Shown: positions 7,635 to 10,752 of the stretch, piece by piece
Layout: each line of letters opens with the position of its first letter
Numbering within the stretch: the stretch's first letter is position 1
Source: Pseudomonadota bacterium
Lineage (GTDB): Bacteria > Bdellovibrionota_B > Oligoflexia > Silvanigrellales > Silvanigrellaceae
DNA length: 10,752 bases
Assembly: GCA_039799905.1 (NCBI GenBank)
Contig: JBDLRP010000009.1
Location: forward strand, 1 to 10,752
Direction: 5' to 3'
Program-made: the position numbers and the translations under genes
The notes under the pieces: generated by a model
Seen by the model: only the letters and a program-made list of their open reading frames with translations
Database searches by the model: none
Told to the model about the DNA's origin: nothing

Positions 7635-8716
7635 CAAGGCACTTCATTATACTGTTCCTCACTTGCGCGATTGTTGAACTGAATGAGCAATTCAGACAAC
7701 GAACGGGCATTCTCCTGTGAGAGACTGATGAACGAAACACCATGCCAATTCATCTGGCCAACTGTTTCGACCCAGCGCACCTCGCAGGTCACATTCGACA
7801 AACTTTTGTTGGCAAGAATGAAATTCCAATCATCTCGGCCTGTGCCGACCGTCATATTGATTTGTTCCTTGCGCCCGAAGGCGGTCGGAAATTCGAGACA
7901 AAATCCGTTTTCTGAAAAATCAACGACACGCCCGACAAGTCCATCGCGGGTTGTCACTTGAAGCGGCACATGACACAGCCAAGGAATGCGCGGAGAAGCG
8001 CGTTTCGAGCCCGTACGTACCAACCGCAGAGCACCTTTCAGCAAATCCGCATCGAGACCAAACGGATTGCAGTCCCATGCCTCGAACAAACCGGCCTGGT
8101 GTTTCATCTGCAAAAATCGTCGTCCCCAAAGTGCACCCACTCCAAAATCGAGCGGCAACTGAGAATCATCAAGAATCGATTTGACTTTTGGACTTATCAG
8201 CAGGCGAAAAATATCGGCAGCACTCTCGAGCCGCTTTGCTAGGTTGACTGTGTCGCCAATGAGCGTCACGTCGTCGGGAAGGTTATCTGCCAAACTCAAA
8301 TCACCAACCGAAACCGATCCGGCATTGATGCCGATGCGCACGGGAAGCGCGTGCCATTTTTTGTGATCTTTTTCTTGCGGCGAAGTCTCAGAATACAAAA
8401 ACTGCTTGGCGAGTTCACGCTGAATCTCGATTGCAGCAGCAATTGCAAAACAAGAAGCCTCTGCCAAAGATACAGTCTGGCCATCAGCCCGTTTCACGGG
8501 AAAGTAACACAGAAGTCCATCACCCAGAGTTTTGTTGACCACGCCATTGTTCTTAGAAACAATTTGCGCGATCTGGCGCAGGCAAATTCGCAGCTCTTCG
8601 AAAATCACCTTGACCGCTTTTTTTCCTGAAATCCGCGAAAACCCCTCAACATCGACAAACATTACGGCAGCATCGATGTCCCGTGGTTCAAATCGTGAGA
8701 CTGTTGCGGACGTCAT
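7634..8716 (-). CDS. Class III adenylate/guanylate cyclase catalytic domain fused to a C-terminal PilZ domain, 360 aa
   Basis: Cyclase: VMFVD22VEGFS, VNK62TLGD66GLL, VRIGINAG, VT151LIGDTVN158LAKR162LES, MK205. PilZ: KR239ASPR243 (RxxxR), VVD266FSENG271F (DxSxxG), CEVRWV...HGVSF. SD GAGGG upstream of ATG 8716. Confidence 0.9.
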   Translation of the reverse strand: MTSATVSRFEPRDIDAAVMFVDVEGFSRISGKKAVKVIFEELRICLRQIAQIVSKNNGVVNKTLGDGLLCYFPVKRADGQTVSLAEASCFAIAAAIEIQRELAKQFLYSETSPQEKDHKKWHALPVRIGINAGSVSVGDLSLADNLPDDVTLIGDTVNLAKRLESAADIFRLLISPKVKSILDDSQLPLDFGVGALWGRRFLQMKHQAGLFEAWDCNPFGLDADLLKGALRLVRTGSKRASPRIPWLCHVPLQVTTRDGLVGRVVDFSENGFCLEFPTAFGRKEQINMTVGTGRDDWNFILANKSLSNVTCEVRWVETVGQMNWHGVSFISLSQENARSLSELLIQFNNRASEEQYNEVP

Positions 8717-8719
8717 AAA

Positions 8720-8759
8720 GGTTCCCTCAGGTTGCTATAATGCTACCTTTACGGGAACC
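8720..8759. promoter_or_regulatory. Intergenic inverted repeat overlapping the SD of the cyclase-PilZ gene, with TATAAT in its loop
   Basis: GGTTCCC(8720-8726)/GGGAACC(8753-8759) and AGGTTGC(8729-8735)/GCTACCT(8742-8748, one mismatch) enclose TATAAT (8736-8741). Function not established. Confidence 0.45.
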
Positions 8760-8785
8760 CCTGCGGCAATCGTGTGAATCACTGA

Positions 8786-9484
8786 TTATTGACGAAGCTT
8801 ACTGCGCAACTGTTTGATTTTGGCAGCCACCTGATTGTGCAGCGCTTCAATCTCGCTCAACTCTTTTTCAAGTTCCTCAACAGCAACTTTGCCTTCCGGC
8901 GCAGGTACAGGAGAAACGGCTGTCTTGGTGGCTATCATTTGTTTTGACTGGTCGACGGTGCTGCTTGCCTGAGCCGCAGGATTCTCCTGCACAGGCTGCT
9001 GGATCTGTGTCTGTGCAACAGCGTCAGTCTGAGAAACTTCAACCGACGGCATCGGAGTAGCCGTTGATTGCATTTGATTTTGTGTCTCAACTGCTTGCGA
9101 TAGTGCAGACTCGTCAACCGCAGCTGGCTGCTCAGTTGGTTTTGAAAGAGACAACAGCGAACGCACAGTTTCGACTTCAGGAGAATCTGAAGTCAGACGG
9201 CCCGTGCCTACGGCGATCAACAAGCCAGCAAGCACCGTGAGCAAAAAACCACGGACAAGCATCCGTGCGGGTGATGTTTTGCGCGAGTTGTCGAAACGCG
9301 CCCCATCATCAAACTCACTCAACGCGTAGTCGTTCTGAGCCCTTGATGCACCGCCGGACGATTTATTTACACTGGCGGCCATCGACTGTTGCGGTTGTGA
9401 CAGCGGAATCACATTGGACTTCTTTTTGTTTTTGACTTCGGAAGCGACTTCACTCGCAAAGGTCATTGGAAATTCTGAGTTCAT
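8786..9484 (-). CDS. Hypothetical single-pass membrane protein with a Q/P/A/S/T-rich linker and C-terminal coiled coil, 232 aa
   Basis: Strong SD GGAGG ahead of ATG 9484, preferred over the ORF-track start at 9538. One hydrophobic segment GFLLTVLAGLLIAVGTG (about aa 79-95), a low-complexity linker, then heptad-like VEELEKELSEIEALHNQVAAKIKQLRSKL. Confidence 0.75.
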   Translation of the reverse strand: MNSEFPMTFASEVASEVKNKKKSNVIPLSQPQQSMAASVNKSSGGASRAQNDYALSEFDDGARFDNSRKTSPARMLVRGFLLTVLAGLLIAVGTGRLTSDSPEVETVRSLLSLSKPTEQPAAVDESALSQAVETQNQMQSTATPMPSVEVSQTDAVAQTQIQQPVQENPAAQASSTVDQSKQMIATKTAVSPVPAPEGKVAVEELEKELSEIEALHNQVAAKIKQLRSKLRQ

Positions 9485-9716
9485 AAGACATCCCTCCGGT
9501 GAACGTCTTGCAAAGAACATGCCAACCCCAAAGGCCACGGCAGAGACCTAAAACGAACTGGCGAAACACCCTTAATTATCTTGAAATATTGAATTTTCAT
9601 GCATCAGCGGGAGACAGGCGAATAGAACACCACTGCGAGAGATTTGCAGCGAACTCGGCAGCAGCAGATAAACAGTGTAAAGAAACTGGTCAGTCACATG
9701 CCGAAAGGACGACCCC

Positions 9717-10034
9717 TTGAATCCATCAGTTCAATCACAAATTGAAGAACGCCTCAGCCAGCAAGTGAACCCGGAGTTTTTGCAGGTCACAGATGAAAGC
9801 TGGCAACACGGTGGCGGACCAGATGCCCAGAGTCATTTTAAAATCATCATCGTCGCAGAACAGTTTGAAGGGCAAAAGCTGCTCGCACGGCATCGACTGA
9901 TCCAGACGGCGCTCTCGGACATCATCGCACGCATCAGAGCGCTGTCGCTGCACACGCTGACACCCGAGGAGTGGCAAAAAAGCGGAGAGAACAGCCGCGA
10001 ATTCCGTTCACCCGGCTGCCATAATAAAAACTAA
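9717..10034 (+). CDS. bolA: BolA-family protein, 105 aa
   Basis: VTDESWQH...SHFKIIIVAEQFEG..LLARHRLI..AL...ALSLHTLTPEEW...SPGC matches the E. coli-type BolA pattern. TTG start with AAAGGA at 9704-9709. Confidence 0.92.
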   Translation: MNPSVQSQIEERLSQQVNPEFLQVTDESWQHGGGPDAQSHFKIIIVAEQFEGQKLLARHRLIQTALSDIIARIRALSLHTLTPEEWQKSGENSREFRSPGCHNKN

Positions 10035-10402
10035 CCGCGCAGCCTTTGGTCGAAAGCTCCGTCGGCTTTCTCAGCTTCCATGTCTGAGTTGCCGCCAATC
10101 AGCACTCCGTTGACAAAAATCATTGGGAATGTGGAAAAGCCAGTCCACGCTTTCAATGCCGCGCGTTGGTCGTAATGACTGAAGTAGCTGCCGAATTGGA
10201 CGTACTCAAACGCCACGCCCCACTTGGTTAAATTCCTGATTGCCTTTTTGACAAAGTGATTGCCCTTCATGCCGACCACAACGACCTTGTTTTTGGTGAT
10301 GGCCCGCTCGACAGTTTCGATGGCATCCGGATGAAATTTCCCGATGACGGATTGAATACGCGGTGACACCTGTTGTTCCGCAAGAATTTTTCTAAACGTC
10401 AT
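10031..10402 (-). CDS. Glutaredoxin-like (thioredoxin-fold) protein without any cysteine, 123 aa
   Basis: VVVVGM followed by NHFV at the CxxC/CGFS position, WTGFSTFPMIFVNGVLIGG (cis-Pro TFP and GG motifs), and a DGAFDQRL tail typical of Grx. Start at ATG 10402 (SD GGGGAG); the ORF-track extension to 10513 runs through the terminator and tRNA. Its stop overlaps the bolA stop (CTAA, 10031-10034). Confidence 0.85.
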   Translation of the reverse strand: MTFRKILAEQQVSPRIQSVIGKFHPDAIETVERAITKNKVVVVGMKGNHFVKKAIRNLTKWGVAFEYVQFGSYFSHYDQRAALKAWTGFSTFPMIFVNGVLIGGNSDMEAEKADGAFDQRLRG

Positions 10403-10421
10403 GTCCAAACTCCCCGCAGAC

Positions 10422-10453
10422 AAAAAAAAATCCTCCGGTACAACCAGAGGATT
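10422..10453 (-). terminator. Rho-independent terminator downstream of tRNA-Ile
   Basis: Minus-strand RNA AAUCCUCUGG-UUGUA-CCGGAGGAUU-UUUUUUU: 10-bp stem with one G-U pair that is valid only on the minus strand, a 5-nt loop and a 9-U run. Confidence 0.9.
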
Positions 10454-10464
10454 CAACAAAAGGA

Positions 10465-10541
10465 TGGTGGGTCTGGGCTGAGTTGAACAGCCGACCTCGT
10501 GCTTATCAGGCACGCGCTCTAACCACCTGAGCTACAGACCC
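10465..10541 (-). tRNA. tRNA-Ile (anticodon GAT), 77 nt, CCA encoded
   Basis: Reverse complement GGGTCTG-TA-GCTCAGGTGGTTAGAGC-G-CGTGC-CTGATAA-GCACG-AGGTC-GGCTG-TTCAACT-CAGCC-CAGACCC-ACCA folds into a full cloverleaf. Confidence 0.97.

Positions 10542-10752
<211 letters not shown>

Noticed and set aside
7634..8716. Pycsar/CBASS-type anti-phage cyclase
   Set aside because: Purine-type Lys/Thr specificity residues, a PilZ fusion, no adjacent cNMP-binding TM or TIR effector, and a housekeeping context.
9688..9714. GGTC(A)GTC...GACGACC stem partly covering the bolA SD; possible riboswitch or thermometer
   Set aside because: A 7-bp bulged stem with a large loop and no recognisable aptamer consensus; not distinguishable from chance.
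10403..10513. 37-aa N-terminal extension of the Grx-like ORF, containing a Cys
   Set aside because: It is translated through the tRNA-Ile and terminator; ATG 10402 with an SD is the credible start.
10465..10541. tRNA-Ile as an integration site (att) for an island covering the downstream genes
   Set aside because: No integrase and no duplicate of the tRNA 3' end seen in the window; the downstream genes are core-type.

Overview
Bacterial chromosomal window, mostly housekeeping and signalling genes, ending in an rRNA locus. In order: a papain-family (C1) cysteine protease lipoprotein (+); an Asp/Glu racemase-family gene and a class II CPD photolyase (both -, probably one operon); a divergent aroC - holA-like - REC/GGDEF diguanylate cyclase cluster (+); a convergent class III adenylate cyclase fused to a C-terminal PilZ domain (-); a bitopic low-complexity/coiled-coil hypothetical protein (-); bolA (+) tail-to-tail with a cysteine-free glutaredoxin-like gene (-); then an intrinsic terminator, tRNA-Ile(GAT) and the 3' end of a 16S rRNA gene (all -). 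Four features stand out: (1) a candidate phosphorelay -> c-di-GMP -> cAMP cross-talk pair (DGC facing AC-PilZ); (2) a 16S-tRNA-Ile unit that terminates with no 23S, i.e. an unlinked rRNA operon; (3) a BolA/Grx pair in which both partners lack a canonical Fe-S ligand; (4) a racemase with Ser-His-Thr in place of the first catalytic Cys/Thr-Asn-Thr motif. The gene content is loosely reminiscent of Bdellovibrionota/Oligoflexia, but that is a weak inference. No mobile element, CRISPR array or tandem repeat was seen. All assignments come from visual motif recognition; no database searches were run.
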